Virus record (IMG/VR): IMGVR_UViG_3300030519_000023
Location: 1-53,315 of that record
DNA: 53,315 nucleotides
From: a virus
Taxonomy: Duplodnaviria > Caudoviricetes
Reading direction: 5' to 3' (one strand)
The notes under the pieces are model-generated. The model had not been told where the DNA came from. It did not search any database and saw nothing but the letters and a program-made list of their open reading frames with translations. The position numbers were made by a program, and so were the translations under genes. Shown here in pieces: positions 35,302 to 45,182 of this stretch (positions are counted from its first letter, which is position 1; every line of letters starts with the position of its first letter).

Positions 35302-36587
35302 GTTTTGATGATGTAGAACAGGGCCACCCAGGGCGGCATGGTGTTGTGGGGCAGTCCGCCGCCAACATCGGTCATGGCGAGAGGCGGAGTGACGATGTTC
35401 AACTCCGTTCCAGACAGGTTGGTGTCATATCCCGCCGCCGTGGTCGTATCTTGCCCGGCAACAGAAATAGGGATCAGGCCATAACCAGTTCCGGTTCCAG
35501 TATTAGCAGGAGTGTGGTCATGGCTCGGCATCTGGGTCTTGGCGAGGGTGTTCTGTTCCTTGCCGTCAGAATTACCAAGGGCGTTGGTGTGCCCCGGAGT
35601 GTTGAGACCATCATCGCTGAGGCCCTGGGCAACCGGGGCATTGCTGGCGCCCAGGACGAACTGGCCCTGGAGGTTGGGAACCTTGAAATTCCCACCGCTG
35701 CCACCGAATATCGTTCCAATCGCGGCAAAAAGGGCGGGATAGGTGGCCGTCGGATAGGTCGTTCCATCGCAGAGAAGGTATCCAGCCGGAGCAATCGCCC
35801 CCGCGAAAGCGATCACTGAACCAGAGGGCTCGGACCCGTTGGTTCCGTTGGTTCCATTGGTTCCGTTGGTTCCGTTCGCGCCGGCCGCTCCAGTCGCGCC
35901 GGTCGCCCCCGGGACGCCCTGGATGCCCTGGGGCCCGGTCGCGCCCGGAGTAAGGCTGATGTTTCGGAAATGGGCATCCAGGCTTCCGAAGGTCTCCCGG
36001 GCGGTGATGATTTCCTGGAGGTAGGGATAGATGCTGGACCAGCGGCAGTCGGTCGGGATATAGGCGGATACCGTGGGAGTTCCACCACCGGTCGCCGGTA
36101 CGCTGACCTGAGCCAAGACGACCGGGGCCCCTCCGGTTCCATTGGGGCCCGAGTAGGAGGCCGCCAGAGTCGGAGGCACAGGGCTGGCTGCCGGAACACC
36201 TTCGACCACCAGGTAGTAGGGATACATACTGGCGTCCATGAACGCATTCGGCTGGCCGTTGGTCATGCAGTCGCCGAGGGTGCTGGCATCAACCCACTGG
36301 TGGCAGCCAACTAAGAGGTCAATCCGAGGCAGGGCACTGGCCGCCGGGACGGTGAAGTTGACCGGTGCATCCTCCTTGATGGTGCCGCGCCCCTGGGCAT
36401 CCGACCCGACCTCGCGCCAGACGAAGGTGTTCCGGTCACCGCCCGGGTTGATCGTCGCGGTCCAGGGCCCGGTCCCGGCAATGGTCAAGGCGCCCATCTC
36501 GAAGACCCCGGCCGGGAGCGGAACCGCCCGCTGAATAGAGTTGTCCGAAACCATCTCACCGAAAAGAATGCTTAATTGAGTCGCCAT
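35298..36587 (-). CDS. Tail fibre with collagen-like segment and tail-collar domain
   Basis: G-X-Y repeats; PSGSVIAFAG..PAGYLLCDG..YPALFAAIG..VPNLQG; HNTMPP..ALFYIIKT. Confidence 0.9.
   Translation of the reverse strand: MATQLSILFGEMVSDNSIQRAVPLPAGVFEMGALTIAGTGPWTATINPGGDRNTFVWREVGSDAQGRGTIKEDAPVNFTVPAASALPRIDLLVGCHQWVDASTLGDCMTNGQPNAFMDASMYPYYLVVEGVPAASPVPPTLAASYSGPNGTGGAPVVLAQVSVPATGGGTPTVSAYIPTDCRWSSIYPYLQEIITARETFGSLDAHFRNISLTPGATGPQGIQGVPGATGATGAAGANGTNGTNGTNGTNGSEPSGSVIAFAGAIAPAGYLLCDGTTYPTATYPALFAAIGTIFGGSGGNFKVPNLQGQFVLGASNAPVAQGLSDDGLNTPGHTNALGNSDGKEQNTLAKTQMPSHDHTPANTGTGTGYGLIPISVAGQDTTTAAGYDTNLSGTELNIVTPPLAMTDVGGGLPHNTMPPWVALFYIIKT
35838..35876 (-). repeat. 9-bp tandem repeat encoding (NGT)x4
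   Basis: GTTGGTTCC-type units in the collagen-like region. Confidence 0.75.
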
Positions 36588-36596
36588 GGGCTCCGC

Positions 36597-37445
36597 CTAT
36601 GCAATGGGGTAGTCGTTTCGTTCCTGGAGCTGGAGGGCACTCTGGACGGTCACGGTCATGTTCGCGGTCACAAGGAAAGCCGGGACGCCCAGAGCCTCAA
36701 AGTCCTCACCCTCGCGGTAGCTGATGGTCGGGTCTCCCCAGCCAAGGGTCCGGGCGGTATCCATAACCACCTCCATGGCTCCTCCCATCCATGGGCCCAG
36801 GGCCGACCGCTGTTCCGGGGTCTCGCACCAGCCGATGATGGAAAGCTGGAGGGTCCAGAGCTTGCCCTTGGTCAGGTTGTTGACGAAGGCTCCGGTCATG
36901 ACGCCCTGCATCATGTCCCCGACCATCACCCCCATGGGCACCAGGCCGTCGACCTGGACATTGATCATCGGCCAGCCGTGGGTATCCCGAGGGAAGGCCC
37001 GGGTGACCCGGAGAATTTTTCCCGGGAGGGGCTGGACGGTCGTTGCCACGTCCTTGATCCGATCCACCACCCAGTCCGCATCCCATGGGAATTCCCAGGT
37101 AAAGGCCGGGTTCAGGTTGTAGCCCGACTGGGAAACCCCGGTATCCCAAACGCCACCGGACTGAGTGAAGACGGTCAGAACGATCCCATTGGTCATCGGG
37201 GCGCCCCAGAAGGGAGCCACGGTCCCGCCCCCGTTGGGGGAATGGGCATGGGTGACGGTGGCAAAGACCGGAAGGGGGATGTTGATCTGGACCAGGGCCG
37301 GGTTGGGGTCGTTGTAGGCGATGGCAGCCACGGGCCCGATAAAGGCAACGATGGCCTCCACCTGGGCCTGGAGCTGGACCTCAACGATTCCAGCCCCACC
37401 GATGGCGAGGGGCGTCAGGGTCACAGCAGAGGCAGATAGGCTCAT
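36597..37445 (-). CDS. Tail-terminator-like structural protein
   Basis: RAFPRD...WPMINVQ...LSIIGWCETPEQR pattern; ATGA-coupled. Confidence 0.5.
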   Translation of the reverse strand: MSLSASAVTLTPLAIGGAGIVEVQLQAQVEAIVAFIGPVAAIAYNDPNPALVQINIPLPVFATVTHAHSPNGGGTVAPFWGAPMTNGIVLTVFTQSGGVWDTGVSQSGYNLNPAFTWEFPWDADWVVDRIKDVATTVQPLPGKILRVTRAFPRDTHGWPMINVQVDGLVPMGVMVGDMMQGVMTGAFVNNLTKGKLWTLQLSIIGWCETPEQRSALGPWMGGAMEVVMDTARTLGWGDPTISYREGEDFEALGVPAFLVTANMTVTVQSALQLQERNDYPIA

Positions 37446-38347
37446 GTCTGGGTGTACTCCCCAAGGGCAAACAGGCCACGGCACTGGGTTCCGGCGGCTT
37501 TGCGGCGATTCACCAGGGCATTCACCAAGGCCGGCGTGATGTGCTTGGATCCGATGGATTGGTCGGCATTCCGAACCAGGGGAATCTGGACATAGAAGCA
37601 CCCGGCCAAGGAGTCATCCCCGGCGGTGAAGCCCGGCGTATTGGCCGCCTTGGCGGGGGTGAAATTCTTGTTTCCGATGATCGAGGCAAGGGCAGGGTTT
37701 GCCGGACCGAAGGTGGAATTCAGGAACCGATGACCGCCAGTCTGGGCCGCCGCGTCCACGACGTTGACACTGAGCCCCTGGGGCAGCCCGAAGGCCGCAT
37801 TGATGACCAGGGCCAGTCCGTAGCTGGTCGTGGATGGGCGAGAAATGTCGGCCAGAATCCGAAGCGCATACTGGCTGTCGGTCTCCATCACCCAAACCGG
37901 GGGAGTCTGGGTCAAGTCCTGGTATCCCCAACGAGAGTTTCCCAGGGCACTCCCCCAGTCGTCCAGGTAGCCCCCAGAGGCGCCGGAAGCCGTCGATGAC
38001 CCCGTGGGCGGGGTTTGGCTTGCCGGGGGCACCACGAGGGTAGGAGTGGGATCGTAGGGAATGGGCGGGTTGATGTAGTAGCCAGTCCAGAGGGCGAACC
38101 GGGGATCCTGGCTCGGAGCCACATAGGCCGGGTTCGACATCGGCAGGAGGCTCGGGGAGACCGGCTGCTGATTGCAAGCCGCGCCGACCGAGAGCTGTTG
38201 CTCGAATGCCGTCGCCTGGGCATCCTGCCAATCCCCCAGAAAATACGATGCCGCGATGAGCCTCGCCAAAGGGAGGCCCGAAGTCGGAGGTGCCGGCGGG
38301 ATGAGCCGCGCCAGTCGGTCCAGGGTTAGCTGTTGTCCACTCGCCAT
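37442..38347 (-). CDS. Baseplate wedge protein (P2 gpI/DUF2612-like)
   Basis: ASGGYLDDWG...ETDSQYALRIL...RKAAG. Confidence 0.72.
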   Translation of the reverse strand: MASGQQLTLDRLARLIPPAPPTSGLPLARLIAASYFLGDWQDAQATAFEQQLSVGAACNQQPVSPSLLPMSNPAYVAPSQDPRFALWTGYYINPPIPYDPTPTLVVPPASQTPPTGSSTASGASGGYLDDWGSALGNSRWGYQDLTQTPPVWVMETDSQYALRILADISRPSTTSYGLALVINAAFGLPQGLSVNVVDAAAQTGGHRFLNSTFGPANPALASIIGNKNFTPAKAANTPGFTAGDDSLAGCFYVQIPLVRNADQSIGSKHITPALVNALVNRRKAAGTQCRGLFALGEYTQT

Positions 38348-38476
38348 AGGGAAAGCCTCGCCCGGGAGGGCCCTTAGAAGGCCGAACCCCTTGTGTTAGG
38401 TGGCTCCTATCCCTATGCCCATGGCTCCGGGCGCCCCTCCTCTCTGCGAATCCTTGGGGATCACATGGAGGCGTTT

Positions 38477-40252
38477 ATGCCGGGCAACATTGGGCTTTTC
38501 GTGGGCGGAACCCAAGTGGTGCGGCCTTCCGTCGTCACCCAGATCAATACCAGCGCAATGGTTCCGACCAGCAATGGATCCCCGCAGATTGCCGGGTTCA
38601 TTGGTGCTTTCGACGGCGGCGTCCCCAACGTCATCATGACGTTCACCTCCCTGGCCCAGGCCATGGCGACCCTTCGCGGCGGCCAGGCCCTGAGCTACCT
38701 GGCGCGGATCTTCCAGCCTGGCGGCGGCAATGCCGGAGCCAGCCAGGTCTATGTGGTCCGGGCCGGCGCCCCGACTCAGGCCACCCAGGCGAACCCCTGC
38801 GGATTGACCTTCACCTCCCGGGACTTTGGGCTGCACACCAACGGCATCTCCGTCACCGTGGCCGTGGGCGCCGTCACTCCCTGGGCCGTCACCGTCGCCA
38901 AGCCCGCCGACAACTACTCCCGGACTTACAACGTCGGGGCTGCCCTGACCGTTTCCTCCAGTGCCGTGCTGCCCAAGCTGATCTTCGATGAAATCAACAT
39001 GCTGGCGACGATGCAGGAAAACGGCGTGACCGTTTCCACCATGACCTTCCCCATTGGGAATGGCGTCACCATCTCCCAGCTCATTCCCTGGATCAACGCA
39101 CGAGCCGGGTGGAATGCCGCCCTGGCGACCGGCGCCGATCCTTCGATGCCGTGCCAGTACATGGACAACCCGACCGGCGGCTTCACTATCGGCACCACCG
39201 CCACCCCCGTCACCGCGTCCCAGGGCATGGCGATCTACGAGATCAACCTGAACGACGCCCAGGTCACCGTCGCCCTCACGACCGGAAGCACCTATGCCGC
39301 CCTGGCGGTTGAAGCTGCCGCTCCCCTGTCCGGTGGCACCGGTAACTCCCAGGTGGTCCTTTCCACTGGAGCCGCTGGCGACTGGGCCACCGCCCTGGGC
39401 GTCATGGATACCGTGGACTGCGCGGCACTTTTCCTGGCCTCGTCCCTCCCCGCCGTTCAGGCTCTGGGATACCAGGACTGCCTGACCCAGCGCACCATCA
39501 CCCGGAAGCGATACCGGATCCTCTACACCGGCAACGCCCCGGCTGGGACCTCCACCCCGGAAACCTCCAACGTCGCCGCCACGGTCCTCAACGCCCCGAT
39601 CCTCGCCGGCCCCGTGGTCTACGCCTGGAACGGAACCGCCGGGCTCAACCCGATGTCGGGCCTGACCGAGCAGCTCGGCAGCCTCGGCACCGCCGCCCAG
39701 CTCTGCGGCATGGCTTGTGGCACGGGCCCCGCCCAGTCCCTGACCAACAACTTCCTGACCTCCTACGGCCTGGAATACCCCAACCCATCCGACGCGGATG
39801 TCAACGCCCTCCTCTTGGCGGGCATCACCCCCATCGTGACGGACCCCGTGACCGGGAACGCCGTGGTAGTCCAGGCGATCACGACCTACCAGGGCGGAAG
39901 CAACGTGTCCTTCCGCACCCTGGTCGGCCTTCGGGTCCAGGACGCCATCTCCCGGATGTTCAACTCGGTCCTTGCGTCCTTCGTCGGTGCCCCGCTCGAC
40001 ATGGCCACTGGCCAGTCGATCTACGCGACGTGCCAGAAGAACCTGGACGCCAACACCATGAGCCCCCAGAACACCAGCGGGTTCTTGACTCCTGGCTTCG
40101 TCAACGGGGCCGAAGTCCCGGCCTGGACCAACCTGAGCGTGACGACCGATGGGCTCCAGACCTGGTTTGCCAGCGTCCAGGCCCACCCGGTCTGCGAGTC
40201 GGACTACATCGACGTCTCCGTGAACCTGGTCCCCGTCCCGATCAACCTGTGA
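38477..40252 (+). CDS. Contractile tail sheath protein
   Basis: RPSVVTQIN N-terminus, SRDFGLHTNGI, LLLAGITPI, QAITTY; GGAGG RBS. Confidence 0.9.
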   Translation: MPGNIGLFVGGTQVVRPSVVTQINTSAMVPTSNGSPQIAGFIGAFDGGVPNVIMTFTSLAQAMATLRGGQALSYLARIFQPGGGNAGASQVYVVRAGAPTQATQANPCGLTFTSRDFGLHTNGISVTVAVGAVTPWAVTVAKPADNYSRTYNVGAALTVSSSAVLPKLIFDEINMLATMQENGVTVSTMTFPIGNGVTISQLIPWINARAGWNAALATGADPSMPCQYMDNPTGGFTIGTTATPVTASQGMAIYEINLNDAQVTVALTTGSTYAALAVEAAAPLSGGTGNSQVVLSTGAAGDWATALGVMDTVDCAALFLASSLPAVQALGYQDCLTQRTITRKRYRILYTGNAPAGTSTPETSNVAATVLNAPILAGPVVYAWNGTAGLNPMSGLTEQLGSLGTAAQLCGMACGTGPAQSLTNNFLTSYGLEYPNPSDADVNALLLAGITPIVTDPVTGNAVVVQAITTYQGGSNVSFRTLVGLRVQDAISRMFNSVLASFVGAPLDMATGQSIYATCQKNLDANTMSPQNTSGFLTPGFVNGAEVPAWTNLSVTTDGLQTWFASVQAHPVCESDYIDVSVNLVPVPINL

Positions 40253-40262
40253 GGTAGAGACC

Positions 40263-40679
40263 ATGGCAAATCTGGCCACTCAGCAAGTCATCGGCGGCCA
40301 TACCGCCCGCATTCTCCTGAACGGGGCCGACGTAGGCTTCGTTCAGGGCCTCACCTGGAACATTGATGGCGGCATCCAGGAAGTCTTCGTCCTGGGTTCC
40401 GTCGAGGCCCAGGAACACCAGCAGACGCATTACAGCGTCTCTGGCGAACTGAGCCGCTACTACATCCGTAACATGATTGTGGACTCGTCCGCCCTGGGCG
40501 CCCGAACGGCCGCCGACATGATCAGGACCGGAACCTTCGACCTCCAGGTGATCGACACCACCTCGGGGCAGACCATCGAGACGCTGGAGAGCTGCACCTT
40601 GGCCACCCAGTCCAGCGGTGTCCAGGCGGGCGCCCTGGTCTCCCAGAGGTATTCCTTCCGCGCCCTCAAGACGAGGTAG
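40263..40679 (+). CDS. Tail tube protein
   Basis: 138 aa beta-rich protein directly after the sheath; VGFVQG..VFVLGS.E. Confidence 0.85.
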   Translation: MANLATQQVIGGHTARILLNGADVGFVQGLTWNIDGGIQEVFVLGSVEAQEHQQTHYSVSGELSRYYIRNMIVDSSALGARTAADMIRTGTFDLQVIDTTSGQTIETLESCTLATQSSGVQAGALVSQRYSFRALKTR

Positions 40680-40682
40680 CCC

Positions 40683-41084
40683 GTGGCCGAAGAAATCACC
40701 GACCCCATTCTCCGCGAAGCCGCCGGCCTGGATCCCAGGCTGGCGAAGGTCGGAGACAAGGACATCCTGAAGGCCCCCCGGTTTGAGTCGGAATTCGATT
40801 CCCCCGGCTTCCCGGCCCTTTCCGGCAAGGTCACCGTCCGCTATGCCAACGTCGGCGATACCCTCGCCATCGAGGCGCTGTCCATGGGCGGCGGCCGGTT
40901 CGCCGAAGCCATTGCCACCCTTCAGGTCTGCGTCGATTCTGCCCCTGCCTCCTGGTATCGGGCCTCGAAGGAAGGGGGGATTCCCAGCCTGGACCTGTCG
41001 ACCATTCTGGACGCGGAATCCCTGGTTGATCTCTACCAGGCATACTCCGCCTGGCGGTCGGCCTTTCGACGCGGCGGCAAGTGA
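40683..41084 (+). CDS. Tail assembly chaperone (G-like)
   Basis: Follows the tube gene; acidic; ends shortly after GCC TTT CGA. Confidence 0.7.
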   Translation: MAEEITDPILREAAGLDPRLAKVGDKDILKAPRFESEFDSPGFPALSGKVTVRYANVGDTLAIEALSMGGGRFAEAIATLQVCVDSAPASWYRASKEGGIPSLDLSTILDAESLVDLYQAYSAWRSAFRRGGK

Positions 41085-41334
41085 ATTCATCTGGAAGGAC
41101 CCATCCCACCGGATGACGATGGTTTGGGAGGGGTCCAGGGCCCTCGGCCTCCACCCCTGGCACCCCGACGTGATGCAGCTCTCCCAGCACCAGCTCTGGT
41201 GGGCCATCGTTCAGAGCCGGGAAGACAAGGGGTTCTCGCCCCGGGGCCGGCGCGAAGAAGCCAGAGCCCAAGAACGTAGCGAATCGGTCGGAAAGCTCGT
41301 CGCCTGGGCCGACACCCATATTTCCGGGAGCTGA
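41064..41334 (+). CDS. Tail chaperone +1 frameshift extension (GT-like)
   Basis: +1 frame FDAAASEFIWKDP...HPDVMQLSQHQLWW is open up to the next gene. Confidence 0.55.
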
Positions 41335-41337
41335 CCC

Positions 41338-41958
41338 ATGTTTGACACCCTCGCCTTCGACCAGCTCCTCGGCACTCCTGACCAGGGCTCCCGCCTTCTG
41401 TGGGCCCAGGCCAGGAGGTGCGTGTGCTTCGACCTGGACGGCGGGACGAACATCGCCTGTCCGATCTGCTCGGGCTCGGCCTACGTCTGGGAGGACTGGT
41501 CCGATGAATTCCGGGCCGGGATGGTCGGCCTGTCCGGGAGGGCCATCGAGAATCTTTCTCAGCGTTTCGGGCCCGGCATGGTGGGGGACGCCACGATCTC
41601 CCTGCCCCAGTCCGCCCCCCCCTATTCCTCGGCCACCCAGCGCGACCGGTTCGTGGCTCTGGATGCCCTGGACATCTTCGAGTGGAGCCTAATCCCCGGG
41701 GTCGCGGTCAAGATGCCGGTCAACGGGGTTCTCCTGGAGGCCCGGGTGATCGCCACCTCTGGCCTGTCCATGGTCCGGGTTCCGGTCCCCCAACCCGACG
41801 CCAACGAACGGATCTCCGTCACCACCCAAACCGTCGTGCGCCTCCAGGCCCCCCGCCGTTTTGAGGTGGTCACCGACCTGTCCCAGGTCCGGGCCATCAT
41901 GCCGGGGCTCCCTCGCAAAGTCCTGGTGAAGCTGATTGACGTAAGCGTGAGGTGGTAG
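41338..41958 (+). CDS. Head-closure / neck protein with Zn finger
   Basis: WAQARRCVC...CPICSGSAY, GDATIS, RDRFV. Confidence 0.65.
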   Translation: MFDTLAFDQLLGTPDQGSRLLWAQARRCVCFDLDGGTNIACPICSGSAYVWEDWSDEFRAGMVGLSGRAIENLSQRFGPGMVGDATISLPQSAPPYSSATQRDRFVALDALDIFEWSLIPGVAVKMPVNGVLLEARVIATSGLSMVRVPVPQPDANERISVTTQTVVRLQAPRRFEVVTDLSQVRAIMPGLPRKVLVKLIDVSVRW

Positions 41959-41959
41959 C

Positions 41960-43840
41960 ATGGCCGAATTCCTGAAAGACCTCCATGTCCAACTCAAGGT
42001 AGGGGCCGACTTCGCCGAAGCCGAGGCCGCCAACGCCCAAGCCGTAGAGCGGATCAAACAATCCCAGGTCCAGGCCGTCTCGGGCGGTACCGGCAACTTC
42101 ACTATGGGCGCCACGACGCCCCACGTCCTCCCGCCGGCCCAGGGCCCCTTGTCTTCCGCCTACTCCATGATGGGCAACGCCGGACCCAGCGCGGGCATGT
42201 CGGCAGAACTGGCCAACGGCCAGGTGAAAGACCTGTTCCGGGAGCTGATCAAGGCCCTGGAGGGGAACACCAACGCAAAGAAGGATGGAACGGGTGGGAG
42301 CGAAGGATCCCCTGCCGGAGCAGGTGGCGCCCCTCCCATTGAAGGTGGCGCCCCTGGAATCACCGGTCCAGCCCCGGCCGGGGGGATCTTCGGAAGGAAC
42401 TCCCTGCATTCCTGGGAGGTTCAGCGGGCCATGAATGACCCCATGGGATTCGCTTCAGGGGCGATCATGGGCCCCGCGATGGCTAAAGCCGGGCGGCTGG
42501 CCATGATGGAGTCCGGGGGAGCCCTGGGAGAGATTGGGGCGGCTGGATCCATAGGGCTCATCGGGGGCGCCCTTTATGGGGGCTACAAGATCGGCGACAT
42601 GATCAACCAGGGAACCCTCTCTGCCGGAGAAAGAGAGGTTCAGAAGCGAATGCGGGACGCCACCCTGTCCTCCGGGGTGGGCCTGGACTTTCGCGGACTC
42701 ACCTTCTCCAAGGATCGCCTGAAGCCCGCCGATGGGCTCAGTGACAACTTCAATTATGACTATGCCCGCGAAGGGCTCCAGGGACTCGGTGTTCACCTGG
42801 GCGACATGGGCGATGCCGACCGGGCAGGGATGCCGGCCTTCATGTCCAGGATGGGTCAGGCATCGAATCAAATGGGCGTTTCCCGCGACGGCACGGCCGG
42901 GTTCATGGGACAACTTTGGGCATCTGGGGCCGGAGAAAAGACCCTCTCTGGATCCCAAACGATCCTCGAAAAAATCCGGGAAACCATCGAGGCCGGCAAC
43001 AAGATCGGAATCAAGGGGAACGACACTCTCCAGGCCGTCTCGTCCCTGATGCAGATGGAGCAGACCCGCTCCGGCGCCGTCTCGGGGTCCGTATTTGACC
43101 GAATGCGCCGAGAGCAGGAAGCGTTGGGAGATTTCGACAAGCACTCGCTGGGCGGCTCAAAATCGCTTGGGGTAATGAACGCGGCTGGAAACAACCATAA
43201 CGCCATTTTCCAGGGTGCAGAGATGGCCTCGCTCCTTAGCCCAACTGGCCTTACCGGTGCCGGAAAGGCGGCATGGCATGACCTCCCCCACAATAAGGCG
43301 CTCGATAGTCTGCCTGACTACGAAAAGGCCCAGATACTCATGGATTCCCCAGAGTATAAAAGAACATTTGGGGCAAAAATGCTCCAGGGATCGTGGGGAA
43401 AGTTGCCACCCATTGTCCAGAGACACCTCATGGGGCTCGATGGACAATCCATCCTCCAGGCCGACTCCTATCTTGCCGTGGCTCGGCATGGATTTAAGCC
43501 TAAAAAGAAGGACGGATCCTCCCTTGGCTCCGACTTCAATCAGGAACTCAATGAAACAGAACACCTATCGGCCTATGGTGGCCAAGTCAAAGAGATCGCT
43601 ACGTCGGGAGCCAGTGAACAGAGGCTTATGGGTCTTCTTCAATGGGAGGCCGAAAAAGCTAAAGCGGAACTCGAAGCAAGTAAGACGTTCAGTCAGGGCG
43701 TTGATAATTTTGGTGGTTGGGTATCACAGTTGACTGCTGGAAGCTGGATAGACCGAGCCAAGGCTGGCTTTGGGATGGCATTTGACCCAGGAGGGACGGT
43801 CAGGGGATGGATGCACAATGATCCAAACAAAAAACAATAA
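41960..43840 (+). CDS. Tape measure protein
   Basis: Gly/Ala/Met-rich helical protein with a hydrophobic segment, downstream of tube and chaperones. Confidence 0.7.
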   Translation: MAEFLKDLHVQLKVGADFAEAEAANAQAVERIKQSQVQAVSGGTGNFTMGATTPHVLPPAQGPLSSAYSMMGNAGPSAGMSAELANGQVKDLFRELIKALEGNTNAKKDGTGGSEGSPAGAGGAPPIEGGAPGITGPAPAGGIFGRNSLHSWEVQRAMNDPMGFASGAIMGPAMAKAGRLAMMESGGALGEIGAAGSIGLIGGALYGGYKIGDMINQGTLSAGEREVQKRMRDATLSSGVGLDFRGLTFSKDRLKPADGLSDNFNYDYAREGLQGLGVHLGDMGDADRAGMPAFMSRMGQASNQMGVSRDGTAGFMGQLWASGAGEKTLSGSQTILEKIRETIEAGNKIGIKGNDTLQAVSSLMQMEQTRSGAVSGSVFDRMRREQEALGDFDKHSLGGSKSLGVMNAAGNNHNAIFQGAEMASLLSPTGLTGAGKAAWHDLPHNKALDSLPDYEKAQILMDSPEYKRTFGAKMLQGSWGKLPPIVQRHLMGLDGQSILQADSYLAVARHGFKPKKKDGSSLGSDFNQELNETEHLSAYGGQVKEIATSGASEQRLMGLLQWEAEKAKAELEASKTFSQGVDNFGGWVSQLTAGSWIDRAKAGFGMAFDPGGTVRGWMHNDPNKKQ

Positions 43841-43855
43841 ATGTGGGTATTTATA

Positions 43856-44257
43856 TTAAAAATCTCGGTCCAGTTTCCTAAATCCACCCTTTTCCCCACT
43901 CATATTTTTAATTGAATTTTCAGGAATATTATCCAAATATTTTATCGCAATATCTGCCGGAGTTCCTTTGGCGTCTGCGTCTGTCCACCAAGCATCAATC
44001 TCCTTGTTGAATTCCTTCTCTTTCTCCACATAGGAACTGCCCGCTTCCTTGAAGACCCGACTCATTTCCTCCGTTACCGTCAGATGGTATTGGGTTGCAG
44101 AAATATACTCGTATGATCCATTAGATGATAAAAAATATTGATGTATCTTTTTTGATTTTGCGTTATGGAACTCTGTAATAAGAAAATTTACGCTAATGCA
44201 CCATATGGTTAGTGCGGCCACAACCCCAAGCGCGACCTTTGCCCATTTCTTATTCAT
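43856..44257 (-). CDS. AT-rich moron-like membrane-anchored or exported protein
   Basis: MNKKWAKVALGVVAALTIWCISV signal/TM; markedly AT-rich; opposite strand. Confidence 0.75.
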   Translation of the reverse strand: MNKKWAKVALGVVAALTIWCISVNFLITEFHNAKSKKIHQYFLSSNGSYEYISATQYHLTVTEEMSRVFKEAGSSYVEKEKEFNKEIDAWWTDADAKGTPADIAIKYLDNIPENSIKNMSGEKGGFRKLDRDF

Positions 44258-44377
44258 GCCATCTCCCGATCTCCACATTATCCACAAGGCGACGCGCCCA
44301 GCAATACCAGCGGGGTATCCCGTTGGACGACCGCCTCCCGGGCCGGGCCTTGCTCAAGGCTGGAGGTGGAGGGCCCC

Positions 44378-44872
44378 ATGGCCACGATTGAAGCGGCAAT
44401 GCCATTCCTTTTGAACCACGAAGGCGGCTGGAGCAACCGGCGGCAGGACCGTGGCGGCCCGACCATGAAGGGGATCACCCTGGCCGTGGCTCAGGCATTC
44501 GGCATCATGACTGAGGATGACCTCCGCAACATTTCCGACGAGGACGTGCTGCGGATCTATCGCGCCGGCTACTGGCGGTTCGATGGGGTGAACGATCAGA
44601 GGGTCGCCAGCAAGTGCTTCGACCTCTGCGTCAACTTCGGGGACGGGACGGAGCTGAAAATGATCCAGGTCATCGTCGGAGTCCCGGCCGATGGGCATTA
44701 TGGTCCCGCGACCGAGACCGCGATCAACGCCGAGGACCCGGACCAGCTCATCCAGGCTATCTCGGATGCTGCCGTGGCCAGGTATGAGGAAATCGTGGCC
44801 AGGAATCCCAACGACGAGGAATTCATGCGGGGCTGGCTGGTTCGTGCCAAGGACGTGCCGGATGTCGCCTGA
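44378..44872 (+). CDS. Endolysin, glycoside hydrolase family 108 (copy 2)
   Basis: HEGGWSN..DRGGPT..GIT; GGAGG RBS. Confidence 0.92.
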   Translation: MATIEAAMPFLLNHEGGWSNRRQDRGGPTMKGITLAVAQAFGIMTEDDLRNISDEDVLRIYRAGYWRFDGVNDQRVASKCFDLCVNFGDGTELKMIQVIVGVPADGHYGPATETAINAEDPDQLIQAISDAAVARYEEIVARNPNDEEFMRGWLVRAKDVPDVA

Positions 44873-45182
44873 ACCATGCCTGACCCCCGAGACCCCTATC
44901 TCCCCTGCCCCTACTCCGACGACCATTACGTCCCGCTGCCTCCAGGCACTCCAGAAGATCGTCCGGGACCTGATGACGGGGAAGGACAATACCAGCCATG
45001 ACCTGGGGAAGTATTCCTGGGTCATCTGCACCATCGCCATCATCGGCGGCTGGTATTGGCAGCTTGTCCATAAGGCCCCGAACATGAACATCAAAGACCT
45101 GGCCATCGCCCTTGCCGGAAATACCGCCTCCCACGGCATCGCCATCGGGATGAAGGGCTCCACCGAACCCAACCCGAGGTGA
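44862..45182 (+). CDS. Putative holin
   Basis: ATG overlaps the endolysin end by 11 nt; TM YSWVICTIAIIGGWYW plus a second hydrophobic helix. Confidence 0.65.
   Translation: MSPEPCLTPETPISPAPTPTTITSRCLQALQKIVRDLMTGKDNTSHDLGKYSWVICTIAIIGGWYWQLVHKAPNMNIKDLAIALAGNTASHGIAIGMKGSTEPNPR

Noticed and set aside
35298-36587. Diversity-generating retroelement acting on the fibre
   Set aside because: No reverse transcriptase and no TR/VR repeat pair noticed.
35298-38347. Gin/Cin-type invertible tail-fibre segment
   Set aside because: No terminal inverted repeats or invertase, only one fibre tip, and overlapping stop codons suggest a fixed arrangement.
23940-38420. Common late-promoter motif (TTAGG-TG..C) at the divergent intergenic gaps near 23975 and 38396
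   Set aside because: Similarity too weak by eye; needs motif discovery and TSS data.
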